NCBI GenBank assembly: GCA_039024635.1
Contig: JBCCQA010000001.1
Coordinates: forward strand, 71,932-135,931
Direction of reading: 5' to 3'
Source of the DNA: Myxococcota bacterium
GTDB lineage: Bacteria > Myxococcota > Kuafuiibacteriia > Kuafuiibacteriales > Kuafuiibacteriaceae
Length of the DNA stretch: 64,000 nt
Within the stretch, counting starts at the first letter, position 1, and every line of letters begins with the position of its first letter. Shown here piece by piece: positions 9,791 through 18,781 of the stretch. The translations under genes were made by a program, and so were the position numbers. Under the pieces are notes generated by a model. It was not told where the DNA came from. It made no database searches and saw nothing but the letters and a program-made list of their open reading frames with translations.

Positions 9791-10570
9791 ATGACACGCG
9801 CATTGTACACCGCCGCAACAGGCATGCAGGCCCAGCAGCTCAAGATCGACGTCATTGCCAACAACTTGGCGAATGTGAATACGGATGGCTTCAAGAAAAG
9901 CCGAGCCACCTTCCAAGACCTGGTCTATCAGACCTTGACCACCGCGCAGCCGGACGCAGGAACCGGCACCGTGAACGGCATCCAGGTCGGCCTAGGGTCG
10001 AGGCCACAATCCACGGCTAGGGACTTTCGAGAAGGATCTCTGCGCAACACCGGCAACCAACTCGACCTTGCGATCACTGGAGAGGGCTTCATGCAGGTGC
10101 GACTTCCGAGCGGAGAGGTCGCCTATACGCGAAATGGAGCCTTGAGCCTGGACGCTGAGGGACGCCTTCGTACCCAACAAGGCTACTTGCTGGAACCCGA
10201 GGTCGTCGTGCCCCCTGAGGTGGGCGACCTGAGCATTAGCCCCGAAGGCGTGGTCAGCGTGAGGACGGAGGCCGACAATGAGATCATCGAGCTCGGGCAG
10301 CTGGAGCTGGTAACGACGGTCAACAAGTCGGCCTTCGAAGGCATCGGCGAGAACCTGTACCGCCTGGAAGGCGATAGCCGGGACCTCCTCATCGGAACGC
10401 CCGGTACCGAAGGCTTCGGTCGCCTCCAGCAAGGCTTTCTCGAGGGTTCGAACGTCCAGGTGGTGGAGGAGATGATCGCCATGATCTCGGGACAGAGAGC
10501 CTACGAGGCCAACTCGCGGGTCATCCGCACCTCCGACGAGATGATGCAGGAGACCAACCGACTGAGGTAG
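9791..10570 (+). CDS. flgG: Flagellar distal rod protein FlgG
   Basis: 'MTRALYTAATGMQAQQLKIDVIANNLANVNTDGFK' and a conserved C-terminus. 259 aa. Confidence 0.9.
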   Translation: MTRALYTAATGMQAQQLKIDVIANNLANVNTDGFKKSRATFQDLVYQTLTTAQPDAGTGTVNGIQVGLGSRPQSTARDFREGSLRNTGNQLDLAITGEGFMQVRLPSGEVAYTRNGALSLDAEGRLRTQQGYLLEPEVVVPPEVGDLSISPEGVVSVRTEADNEIIELGQLELVTTVNKSAFEGIGENLYRLEGDSRDLLIGTPGTEGFGRLQQGFLEGSNVQVVEEMIAMISGQRAYEANSRVIRTSDEMMQETNRLR

Positions 10571-10572
10571 CC

Positions 10573-11220
10573 ATGAGCGCGCTTCTTCTCCTGTTGGCTC
10601 TCGGGAGCCCCGAGTTCTTCTCGACGCCGAGGGCGGCCATCTTGGACGTTCTACCCGACGCACGACGAGAGACTTTGCCCGTCTACGTTCGTGGGCTTCC
10701 CCGACCGGGTGCCCGAGTTCGCTATTGGGCGCGCATTGACCCCTCGGCTGGAAGGTCCGATACGGTGGAGGTCGAGCTAGGCGCACTCGCAGCCGGGCGC
10801 AGCTGGCCGTCGGTACGCTTGCGCTTGCCTCGGCGCCACACGACGCTGGCAAGCATCGCGACCCGAGATCTGCCGCCTGGACATCTCTTGTCAGACGGAG
10901 ACCTCGCTTTGGCCGAGGTCGAACTCCGTGGAGGTGGCCCAACCGTCCCATCCATCGAGGAGCTCCTCGGCACCCGACTCGTGCGCGGCGTTCGGGCAGG
11001 TGAGCCGATCAGGCGCCGAGCTGCCGCGGCCGAGCCCATCGTACGGCGCGGGAACACGGTGGATGCGCTCTGGCGGGTCGGCGGGCTTCAGGTCGTCGTT
11101 ACGGCGAGAGCCCTTCAGGATGGTCGGCAAGGCGAGACGATTCGTGTCTTGAACGAGATGTCGAAGACGAGTCTTCGGGGCGTCGTTGTCGACGCTCACC
11201 GGGTTGAGATAAGGCGATGA
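10573..11220 (+). CDS. flgA: P-ring assembly chaperone FlgA
   Basis: Signal peptide. C-terminal SAF/FlgA motif (GEPIRRRAAAAEPIVRRGNTV...GETIRVLNEMSKTSLRGVVVD). Confidence 0.75.
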   Translation: MSALLLLLALGSPEFFSTPRAAILDVLPDARRETLPVYVRGLPRPGARVRYWARIDPSAGRSDTVEVELGALAAGRSWPSVRLRLPRRHTTLASIATRDLPPGHLLSDGDLALAEVELRGGGPTVPSIEELLGTRLVRGVRAGEPIRRRAAAAEPIVRRGNTVDALWRVGGLQVVVTARALQDGRQGETIRVLNEMSKTSLRGVVVDAHRVEIRR

Positions 11221-11900
11221 TGACGAGAGCGATATTTGTTTTTGCGCTGGCCATCCTTGGTGGGTGCGCCGGAGTGCGGCACGTGGAGGAGTACACACCA
11301 AAGCGAAGGGTCTATGAGCCCATCGTGGCGCCCGACACCGAGAAGGGCGATCCTCGAAGTGGGTCGCTATGGACTCGACACAACCAGGCATCGACTCTAT
11401 TCACGGACGTCCGGGCCTACGGAATCAACGACATCATCACTGTCAGAATCGTCGAGCAGGCCAGAGCGCGCAGAGATGCTAACACTAGGCTCGATCGTGA
11501 CGCATCGATGGTCTTCGGGGCCGATGCTGCAGGCAAGTTGGCCGAGAACGGCGTCGCTTCAGACAGGCTCTTGGAAGGGAGCAGCAGCAACAGCTTTAAC
11601 GCTTCGGGTCGAACCGGTCGAACTGAAGACGTCGAGTTCACGGTCGCGGGGACGATCACCCAGGTCCTTCCCAACGGTAACCTCTTCGTGGAGGGCCACC
11701 GAGTGGTTCTCGTGAACGAGGAAGAGCACCACTTCTACGTGAGTGGAGTCGCGCGCCCGGAGGACATCCGACGCGACAACACCATCGCCTCTCATCAGCT
11801 TGCCGATGCGGAGATCGAGTTCACTGGTCTCGGCATTCTAACTGAGCAGCAGAAGCCAGGTTGGCTGACGCGCTTCTTCCAGATCATCAATCCACTATGA
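11217..11900 (+). CDS. flgH: Flagellar L-ring lipoprotein FlgH
   Basis: Lipoprotein signal (LAILGGCAG) and FlgH family sequence. ATGA overlap with flgA. Confidence 0.9.
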   Translation: MMTRAIFVFALAILGGCAGVRHVEEYTPKRRVYEPIVAPDTEKGDPRSGSLWTRHNQASTLFTDVRAYGINDIITVRIVEQARARRDANTRLDRDASMVFGADAAGKLAENGVASDRLLEGSSSNSFNASGRTGRTEDVEFTVAGTITQVLPNGNLFVEGHRVVLVNEEEHHFYVSGVARPEDIRRDNTIASHQLADAEIEFTGLGILTEQQKPGWLTRFFQIINPL

Positions 11901-12997
11901 AGCGCCTCATCTTCAGCATCATCGTTGCGATCCTCTCTCTTGCCTCGAGTTCGGCCGAGGCGACCCGGGTCAAAGACCTCGCTCAGGTCAAAGGCGTTCG
12001 AGAGAACCCGCTGATCGGCTACGGGCTGGTGGTCGGTCTGTCCGGGACGGGAGACTCGCGTAGGACTCTGTTTACCCAGCAATCGCTCTCTAACCTCCTT
12101 CGCCGTCTGGGCGTCAACGTCGATCCATCCCGCTTGTCGGTGCGAAACACCGCCGCCGTGATGGTCACGGCCGAGATCCCACCCTTCAGCGATTCTGGCG
12201 ATTCCGTCGATGTCGTGGTCAGCGCCCTTGGAGACGCGCGCTCATTGGCCTCGGGCACCCTCCTGATGACTCCGCTCAAGGGTGCAGACGGCGAAGTCTA
12301 TGCCGTCGCCCAAGGTCAGCTTGTGGTAGGAGGCTTCGAGGTAGACGCCCCCTTTGCCTCGGTTCGCAAGAACTTCCCGACCGCGGCCCGCATCCCTGGG
12401 GGTGGGACGGTGGAGCGGCAGGTGCCGGCCAGCTTCATAGACGACGGAAAGATACAGCTCACGCTTCGTGAAGCCGACTTCACGACGGCGGACCGGGTCG
12501 TTCAAGCGGTCAACGCCAGCTTTGGTGAAGGGGTGGCTGTCGCGGCCTCCCCGGGTCAGATCACGGTTAGTTTGCCAGAGTCCTTCGCTCAGAACGCGGT
12601 TGGGTTTCTGGGCCGACTCGAGATCCTGGACGTAGAGGCCGACATCAAAGCACGGGTAGTCTTCAATGAGCGTTCAGGCACGGTCGTCGTGGGGGGGAAC
12701 GTCACGCTGGGCCCGGCTGCGGTGGCCCATGGGAATCTCAACGTCACCGTCCTGACCCAGTTCGGGGTCTCTCAGCCCGCGCCATTTGCCCGTCGAGGGG
12801 ACACGGTCGTGGTGCCTAATACGACGCTGACCGTAGATGAGGGTGAGGGAACGCTCCAGGCGATTCCCAACGCGACTTCTGTCGAGGAGCTGGTTCAGGC
12901 TCTCAACGCTCTCGGTGCTTCGCCACGGGACCTCATCGCCATTCTCGAGGCCCTCCGCAAAGCGGGTGCGCTTCAGGCCGAGCTGGAGATTCTGTGA
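11897..12997 (+). CDS. flgI: Flagellar P-ring protein FlgI
   Basis: Signal peptide then 'VKDLAQVKGVRENPLIGYGLVVGLSGTGD'. The ATG overlaps the flgH stop. Confidence 0.9.
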   Translation: MKRLIFSIIVAILSLASSSAEATRVKDLAQVKGVRENPLIGYGLVVGLSGTGDSRRTLFTQQSLSNLLRRLGVNVDPSRLSVRNTAAVMVTAEIPPFSDSGDSVDVVVSALGDARSLASGTLLMTPLKGADGEVYAVAQGQLVVGGFEVDAPFASVRKNFPTAARIPGGGTVERQVPASFIDDGKIQLTLREADFTTADRVVQAVNASFGEGVAVAASPGQITVSLPESFAQNAVGFLGRLEILDVEADIKARVVFNERSGTVVVGGNVTLGPAAVAHGNLNVTVLTQFGVSQPAPFARRGDTVVVPNTTLTVDEGEGTLQAIPNATSVEELVQALNALGASPRDLIAILEALRKAGALQAELEIL

Positions 12998-13782
12998 AGA
13001 TCGACCCGACTCCGAACTCGCCCCCGCCAAAGGCGGAGCTCATCGAGACGGCCCGGAAGCTCGAAGCGGTCTTCGTCCGCCAGATGTTCGAAGAAATGGC
13101 CAAGACCGTCGAGTCCTCGGAACTGTTCGAAGACTCGCCGGGAGGCGACATGTATGAGCAATGGTTCCGCGGAGAGGTGGCCGACAGATTTGCCGAGGCG
13201 GGAGGTACCGGTCTCGGGGATCAGATCGCATCGGCTCTGGGCGCGGAGGACCGAGTCTCTCGAAGCGAGGTCGCTCGCATGGGGCACGCATCGGCCTTCG
13301 ACGCCAGCCTAGGCTTGGGGCGTGGCCTCGTGGCCCGACCGTCGGGCCACGACCATGACCACGACCAACGGTCGGAGGGGCTGACCAGCGGCTTCGGAAA
13401 GCGGATCCACCCCGTGACGGGTCGACCCCACGTCCACCTCGGCATCGACCTTCGAGCGGCTCGAGGGACCGGCGTGCGTACCGCATTTGCCGGGGTCGTC
13501 CAGAGAGTGGGCGAAAACGAGACACTGGGCCGCTTCGTCTGGGTCGAGCACGCCAACGGCTTTCGCTCCCTCTTCGGCCACCTGGACGAGATCACGGTGT
13601 CGAAAGGCCAGCGCCTCCCAAGCGGGGGCGCCGTCGGTCGAAGTGGGGCGACGGGTCGCGTGACCGGTCCCCACCTCCATTTTGGGCTTTTTCAGGGCCG
13701 AGATGCCGTAGATCCCCTGAGGTTCATCCCTGACCCGGGGAAGGACCTGCTGTCTCCGACCCGACATTCTCCAAAAAAATGA
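12994..13782 (+). CDS. flgJ: FlgJ-like rod-cap protein with C-terminal peptidase M23 domain
   Basis: N-terminal rod-binding domain (VFVRQMFEEMAKT...GDMY). C-terminal M23 motifs (HLGIDL ... GRSGATGRVTGPHLHFGL). Confidence 0.75.
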   Translation: MKIDPTPNSPPPKAELIETARKLEAVFVRQMFEEMAKTVESSELFEDSPGGDMYEQWFRGEVADRFAEAGGTGLGDQIASALGAEDRVSRSEVARMGHASAFDASLGLGRGLVARPSGHDHDHDQRSEGLTSGFGKRIHPVTGRPHVHLGIDLRAARGTGVRTAFAGVVQRVGENETLGRFVWVEHANGFRSLFGHLDEITVSKGQRLPSGGAVGRSGATGRVTGPHLHFGLFQGRDAVDPLRFIPDPGKDLLSPTRHSPKK

Positions 13783-13792
13783 CAGGCCGACG

Positions 13793-13819
13793 TCAAGTTC
13801 CCGACGTGGGAGCCGATGA
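13793..13819 (+). promoter_or_regulatory. Candidate sigma-28 promoter for flgM operon: TCAAGTTC-N11-GCCGATGA
   Basis: Matches TAAAGTTT-N11-GCCGATAA at 6/8 and 7/8 with exact spacing. Lies in the 85-bp flgJ-flgM gap. Confidence 0.55.
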
Positions 13820-13867
13820 GTACCTGTAGCAGCGAATGAAACGGTTCGCCGCGGACAGGACACCAAC

Positions 13868-14149
13868 ATGACCACCATCAAGAACCCCCTGGGCCCCATT
13901 CCTGAGGATCGCGCTTCGAGCAGCGCCGGCGCTGCCACGGAGCCCGTGAAGAGGACTTCTCGGACCGCGTTTCAGCGCGAGACGTCGTCTTCTCGACGGC
14001 TCTACGAGCAGACGCGTCTCAAAGTGGAATCCGAAAGGGCCGAGCGTCTCGCTGAAATCAGGCTGGCGGTCAAGAATGGTACATGGAAGCCGAACCTTCA
14101 GCTCGTCGCGGAACGATTGGCTACGGAGCTCATCCCCCGCGGCGACTGA
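13868..14149 (+). CDS. flgM: Anti-sigma-28 factor FlgM
   Basis: 93 aa. C-terminal FlgM signature (KVESERAERLAEIRLAVKNGTWKPNLQLVAERL). Confidence 0.8.
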   Translation: MTTIKNPLGPIPEDRASSSAGAATEPVKRTSRTAFQRETSSSRRLYEQTRLKVESERAERLAEIRLAVKNGTWKPNLQLVAERLATELIPRGD

Positions 14150-14155
14150 GGTCGC

Positions 14156-14653
14156 ATGACGATTCACGATGATCCGCTGACGCGAAACACGACGCCCGCC
14201 CCTGCCTCTGATTGGGTCGCTCACCTCGAGTCGGAGACCCACGCTCTTCGCGAGCTTCTCGAGGCCGCTACCCAGACCCGGGCCGCTTCCCTCACCGACC
14301 GACAGGATCAGATTGGGCCCCTCCTCGAGAAGCAGGCCTTGCTCTGCGAGAAGCTTGAGCGGGCCCGGACTCGACGTCGCGCTTTGCTTCAGGAGAGCGG
14401 TCGGGGACGAGGCGACTTTCTCGTGGCCGTCCTTTCCCAAACTCCGCCGGCCCTGCATGCCCAAGCTACGGCCCGATTCTCCGAGTACGTCGATGCCGCC
14501 GAGGCTGCCCAGCGGGAGATCGACATCAACAAGGAGTTCTTCAGCATCGCGCTCTCTGCCCTCGACGACATCATCGGCACCGTCGAGGGTCGTGAACCCA
14601 GCTACGGACCTCGGCCACCGACCGAGCCTCGACTCGTGTCATTCAAGGCCTAA
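14156..14653 (+). CDS. flgN: FlgN-like flagellar chaperone
   Basis: 165-aa helical protein between flgM and flgK, the canonical flgMN-flgKL arrangement. Confidence 0.5.
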   Translation: MTIHDDPLTRNTTPAPASDWVAHLESETHALRELLEAATQTRAASLTDRQDQIGPLLEKQALLCEKLERARTRRRALLQESGRGRGDFLVAVLSQTPPALHAQATARFSEYVDAAEAAQREIDINKEFFSIALSALDDIIGTVEGREPSYGPRPPTEPRLVSFKA

Positions 14654-14665
14654 AAGGAGCTCTCA

Positions 14666-16042
14666 ATGGTTCTCTTCGACATCATGTACCTGGGGCAGAA
14701 CGCCCTCTTCGCCAACCAGACGGGGGTTCGCACAACCTCCGAGAACATCGCCAACGTCAACACGCCGGGCTTCTCTCGTCGAGAGGCGGTCTTTCGGACC
14801 GCTGCCGCGAGCTCCTTCGGTGGGCTTCGGCTGGGCCAGGGCGTGCGGGTCGAGACGACCCGTCGAATCCTGGACGGCGCGCTGAATGCCCGCGCGCGGC
14901 GCCAAAACTCGATCGCGGAAGGCTCGACCGCCCGAGCCAACGTCCTGGCTCGAGCCGACATTGCCTTCGGGGATCTCGAAGGCGGCGGAGCTTCGGCGGC
15001 CTTGGACGACTTCTTCGAGTCGCTAGACATCCTGGCTGCGTCGCCGCAGGACCAAACCGCCCGGACCAACGTCCTCGCCACGGCAGGTCGACTCACCGAA
15101 ACCCTCAATGGGTACGGTCGAGAGCTCAGACTCCTGAGAGAGGAGCTCAACGCCGAGATTCGCGCCGAAGTATCCGAGGTCAATCGGCTCGGGGCCGAGG
15201 TGGCCGATCTCAACTCGAGAATCACGCAAAGCGCTCAGCCCTCGAACGATCTTCTGGACCGGCGAGACCAGCTCATTGCGGAAATCGCGCAGCGCAGCGG
15301 GCTCCAGACCATCGAGCAGGACAACGGTCTCGTCACCGTGGTGTTGGAAGGCGGCCATACTCTGGTTGCGGGCAACGAGGTCCAGGAGCTCGTGGTGGTG
15401 GCCAACGGCCCACTGGTGGACATCACGGCCGGCGACGGCGGCGTAGAGCGCGATCTGACCGACGACATTCGAAGCGGTTCGCTGGGCGGAATCCTTCGGG
15501 CCCGAGATGAAGACCTCGCTGCCACCCAGACCGCGGTCGACGACTTCGTGACCACATTCGCGACCGAGTTCAATGCACGCCATCAGGCCGGGTTTGGCCT
15601 CGACGGGCTCGGCGGACGGGACTTCTTCGCTCTTCCGTCGCCGGGGGCGAGCAGTGCTGAGTTTCTTCGCCTCGATCCTGGTCTGAGCAACGACACTTTG
15701 GCGGCTGCCAGCGACCCGACCCTGATCAATGGCGACAACACCAATGCCCTTTCCTTGGCTGCTCTTCGCACCGATGCGGTGGTGAGCGGTCAGGAGCCCG
15801 GAGACGCTTTGCGCGGTCTTCTGCAGGACTTCGGGGACCGAGCCTTCTCGTCCGAGGCAGCGTCCCAAGCCGACGGCTTCGCTGCCCAGCAGCTGACCGA
15901 GCTTCAGCAGTCCATCTCCGGCGTGTCCATAGACGAAGAAATGGCCAACCTTCTCCGCTTTCAGCAGAGCTTCGCCGCCTCCGCGACCATCATCCGGACG
16001 GCTGACGAGCTCACGCAGGACATCATCGCACTCAAGCGGTGA
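14666..16042 (+). CDS. flgK: Hook-associated protein 1 FlgK
   Basis: 458 aa. N-terminal (NIANVNTPGFSRRE) and C-terminal (MANLLRFQQSFAASA) flagellar rod/hook family domains. Confidence 0.9.
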   Translation: MVLFDIMYLGQNALFANQTGVRTTSENIANVNTPGFSRREAVFRTAAASSFGGLRLGQGVRVETTRRILDGALNARARRQNSIAEGSTARANVLARADIAFGDLEGGGASAALDDFFESLDILAASPQDQTARTNVLATAGRLTETLNGYGRELRLLREELNAEIRAEVSEVNRLGAEVADLNSRITQSAQPSNDLLDRRDQLIAEIAQRSGLQTIEQDNGLVTVVLEGGHTLVAGNEVQELVVVANGPLVDITAGDGGVERDLTDDIRSGSLGGILRARDEDLAATQTAVDDFVTTFATEFNARHQAGFGLDGLGGRDFFALPSPGASSAEFLRLDPGLSNDTLAAASDPTLINGDNTNALSLAALRTDAVVSGQEPGDALRGLLQDFGDRAFSSEAASQADGFAAQQLTELQQSISGVSIDEEMANLLRFQQSFAASATIIRTADELTQDIIALKR

Positions 16043-16941
16043 AGGAACAGGTGATTCCAATGCGAGTATCGACCCAGATGCAGTTCAGTCTCTCCGTCCG
16101 GACCGTCAACCAGCGCCAGTCCGAGCTGCTGAGGACCCAAGAGCAGATCGCCACCGGTAGAAGGATCAATTCCTTCGCCGAAGATCCGGTGGCCTCCCGG
16201 AAAGTGCTGAGAGAGCAGGCGAATCTCCGCCAGGTCGAGTCTGGCCGACGAACATCGGGGGACGCTCAGCTTCTTCTTGAGAACGCGGAGTCCGCCCTCA
16301 TCGGGGTGGCCGACGCTCTCCAACGGGCGTACGAGCTCAACATTCAGCTTGCCAACGACAGTTTCGATGCTCCACAGCGGCGCTCCGGCGCAGACGAGAT
16401 TCGTCAGATTCGTGAGCAGATCCTGAGCTTGGCCAACACCGAGCGCAACGGGCGCTATCTCTTCTCGGGCTTGGGCAACACCGCAGATCCCTTCCAGCTA
16501 GACGGGACCTTCAATGGAGACGCGGGTCGACTAACGGTTCCCGTGAGCCGCAATACCACTGTCGACGCGACCGTGGCTGGGGGCGAGCCTTTCCTCGATG
16601 CGGCCGGCGGCCGAAACACCCTCGAATCACTCGCTGAGCTCGAGGATGCGCTTCGCGCCAACGATAGCGTGCAGATCAACGCCATGATCGACGAAATGCT
16701 CGGTACCCTGGAGCGGAGCACGGCCGCTCGCCAGCAGATTGGCCAGCGTCTGCAGCGACTGGAATTCGTAGACGACGTCTTGGCCCGAACCGAGCTGGCG
16801 GCCAACGCCACCCTCGCCGTGGAGCGAGACACCGACATCAGCGAAGCCGTCATCCGGCTGCGCGAGTCAGAGAGCGGCCTGCAGGCCGCCCTCGCCATCA
16901 CTGGACGGCTCGACGATCTGAGCCTGCTCAACTTCATCTGA
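16039..16941 (+). CDS. flgL: Hook-associated protein 3 FlgL
   Basis: 300 aa with flagellin-like N and C termini. Overlaps the flgK stop. Confidence 0.85.
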   Translation: MKEQVIPMRVSTQMQFSLSVRTVNQRQSELLRTQEQIATGRRINSFAEDPVASRKVLREQANLRQVESGRRTSGDAQLLLENAESALIGVADALQRAYELNIQLANDSFDAPQRRSGADEIRQIREQILSLANTERNGRYLFSGLGNTADPFQLDGTFNGDAGRLTVPVSRNTTVDATVAGGEPFLDAAGGRNTLESLAELEDALRANDSVQINAMIDEMLGTLERSTAARQQIGQRLQRLEFVDDVLARTELAANATLAVERDTDISEAVIRLRESESGLQAALAITGRLDDLSLLNFI

Positions 16942-16951
16942 GGATACGACC

Positions 16952-17434
16952 ATGCCGACTTTCGAGACCAATCACTTCGGAACCGTCACCATAGACGACG
17001 ATCAGATCCTGACTTTCCCCCAAGGGGTTCCAGGCTTCGAGGACCTTCACCGTTGGGCTCTGTTCCATCTGGAGGACTGCAACGAGCTGGACTGGCTCCA
17101 GGCCGTGGACGAGCCCTCCGTGGCCTTGCTCCTCGCCGATCCGGATCGGCTGTTCGCCAACTACGACGTCAACGTCGAGCCCGACGACCTGGAGCCCATC
17201 GAGCTCTCGGAAGCGGCTCGCTTCGGAGATTCACCGCCGGTCGTGATGCGGGTCGTCCTCCGTCGAGACTCGGACACGGACGGCTTCGTAGCCAATCTGC
17301 GGGCCCCCATTTTATTCAACTTGGAGAATCGGAGAGGCATGCAGCTCCTCCTCAATCATCCTCACTACTCGGCGCATCAGCGGCTTCAGGTTCGCTCCAA
17401 GCTCGACCAGGTCTTGGCCGGTTTCGCCGGATGA
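16952..17434 (+). CDS. fliW: Flagellar assembly factor FliW
   Basis: 160 aa. 'FETNHFGTVTIDDDQILTFPQGVPGFEDLHRWALF' is typical FliW. Confidence 0.85.
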   Translation: MPTFETNHFGTVTIDDDQILTFPQGVPGFEDLHRWALFHLEDCNELDWLQAVDEPSVALLLADPDRLFANYDVNVEPDDLEPIELSEAARFGDSPPVVMRVVLRRDSDTDGFVANLRAPILFNLENRRGMQLLLNHPHYSAHQRLQVRSKLDQVLAGFAG

Positions 17435-17790
17435 AGGAAGCGGCCGCCCGCAGCGAATCGTGGTGTATGTCCTGGGACGAGCTTTCTGATGAACTCCTCG
17501 AACAACTCCGTCGGGAGCTGAATATCGAGCGGGTGCATGAGCTCTTGCAAGGGCGGCAGCGCTTGATGACCGCCAATCCCCGGCCGAGCGAGGGCCGAGG
17601 ACAAGCCGAGCTTCGAACCTGGCTGGAAGCTGCTCGGGACCGTGAGGACGCCATCCGGGACGCCTTCGAAAGCTACCGAGCTCGTGTTCGCGCTGCGCGT
17701 CGCTCCATGCTGGCCTCCCAGGCCACCCGCCGCCGGTTCGGAAGTCAGGACCAGGTCCTTCCAGCTTCACGCCTCGACCGTCGTGTTTGA
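17431..17790 (+). CDS. Hypothetical protein (not CsrA) coupled to fliW
   Basis: ATGA overlap with the fliW stop. 119 aa, charged and helical, with no recognisable family. Confidence 0.4.
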   Translation: MKEAAARSESWCMSWDELSDELLEQLRRELNIERVHELLQGRQRLMTANPRPSEGRGQAELRTWLEAARDREDAIRDAFESYRARVRAARRSMLASQATRRRFGSQDQVLPASRLDRRV

Positions 17791-18401
17791 CGAAGCTCCC
17801 CTCTTCTTGGATGGGGTGGTGGGTGTCGCCCGCCGCTGAACGTAACAAGCAACCCATACTGGAAGGACTTCGGCCGTGGCTTCCGGAGCTCGGATTGGTA
17901 CTGGAGGTGGCCTCGGGTTCCGGCGTACACGTAGGCCATCTCGCGCGCGGGCTCCCTCGGCTTCGCTTTCAGCCGACGGATCAAAGTGCTGAGGACTTTG
18001 GTCTCATCGAGGCTCGGGTACAGGGACTCTCGAACGTCGAGGCTCCGCTCATCCTCGATGCCAGCCAGGATGAATGGCCTGTGGTCAGGCCGGATTTCCT
18101 GTTCAACGCCAACATGATTCACATCAGTCCTGTCGCGGTCGGCCACGGCCTCTTCGAAGGGGCTGGACGTATCCTCGCCTCCGGTTCACGCATGGCGACC
18201 TATGGTCCCTATTTCGAAGAGGAAGTAGAGACTGCGGCCAGCAATCTGGCCTTCGATGTCAGCCTCAAAGAGCGCAACTCGGAATGGGGCATCCGTCGCC
18301 GAGAGGACGTAGAGAACTGGGCGGGCCGCTGCGACCTGACGCTTGAAAGCCGCATCGAGATGCCCGCCAACAACCTCCTCCTCATCTGGCGGCGTACTTA
18401 G
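17787..18401 (+). CDS. DUF938-family class I SAM-dependent methyltransferase-like protein
   Basis: 'NKQPILEGL...LVLEVASGSGVHVGHLA' matches the DUF938 N-terminus. TTGA overlap with the upstream stop (an alternative ATG is at 17811). Confidence 0.6.
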   Translation: MTKLPSSWMGWWVSPAAERNKQPILEGLRPWLPELGLVLEVASGSGVHVGHLARGLPRLRFQPTDQSAEDFGLIEARVQGLSNVEAPLILDASQDEWPVVRPDFLFNANMIHISPVAVGHGLFEGAGRILASGSRMATYGPYFEEEVETAASNLAFDVSLKERNSEWGIRRREDVENWAGRCDLTLESRIEMPANNLLLIWRRT

Positions 18402-18774
18402 GAGCCCGGCGTGGGCCGAGCCCACGCCACCCTCGCTACGCTCCCTCCGTGAGGCTCGGCTGGCGCCGACCTCCCTCCGCTCGCTGCGCGTCCGCTTCGG
18501 CCTCTACGCGGCCTACGCTTTCTTGCCTAGGGGCCCGGCGTGGGCGGAGCCCACGCCACCCTCTCTACGCTCCCTCCGTGGGGCTCGGCTGGCGCCGACC
18601 TCTCTCCGTGAGGCTCGGCTGGCGCCGACCTCTCTCCGGGGGGCTCGGCTGGCGCCGACCTCTCTCCGTGGGGCTCGGCTGGCGCCGACCTCCCTCCGCT
18701 CGCTGCGCGTCCGCTTCGGCCTCTACGCGGCCTACGCTTCTTGCCTAGGGGCCCGGCGTGGGCGGAGCCCAAGT
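18402..18774. repeat. Dispersed intergenic repeat cluster: about 2.2 units (~125 and ~215 bp plus a truncated third), each with a 9-bp-stem hairpin and 1-4 tandem 30-bp subunits
   Basis: Units start 'GGGCCCGGCGTGGGC-GGA-GCCCACGCC' (18408-18428 hairpin). 30-bp unit GRGGCTCGGCTGGCGCCGACCTCTCTCCGK x4 at 18581-18700. Related copy at 22433-22530. Confidence 0.9.
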
Positions 18775-18781
18775 CGGCACT

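Noticed and set aside
9992-10951. 319-aa minus-strand ORF over flgG/flgA
   Set aside because: Shadow ORF antisense to conserved flagellar genes.
15023-16060. 345-aa minus-strand ORF over flgK
   Set aside because: Shadow ORF antisense to flgK.
17431-17790. Gene after fliW as CsrA
   Set aside because: 119 aa, helical and charged. It lacks the CsrA beta-strand signature (MLVLTRK...GDDI...V..V.G..VRLGI.AP).
18581-18700. Possible CRISPR array (4 x 30-bp direct repeats)
   Set aside because: Repeats are contiguous with no spacers, are part of a larger dispersed element with a second locus, and no cas genes are present.
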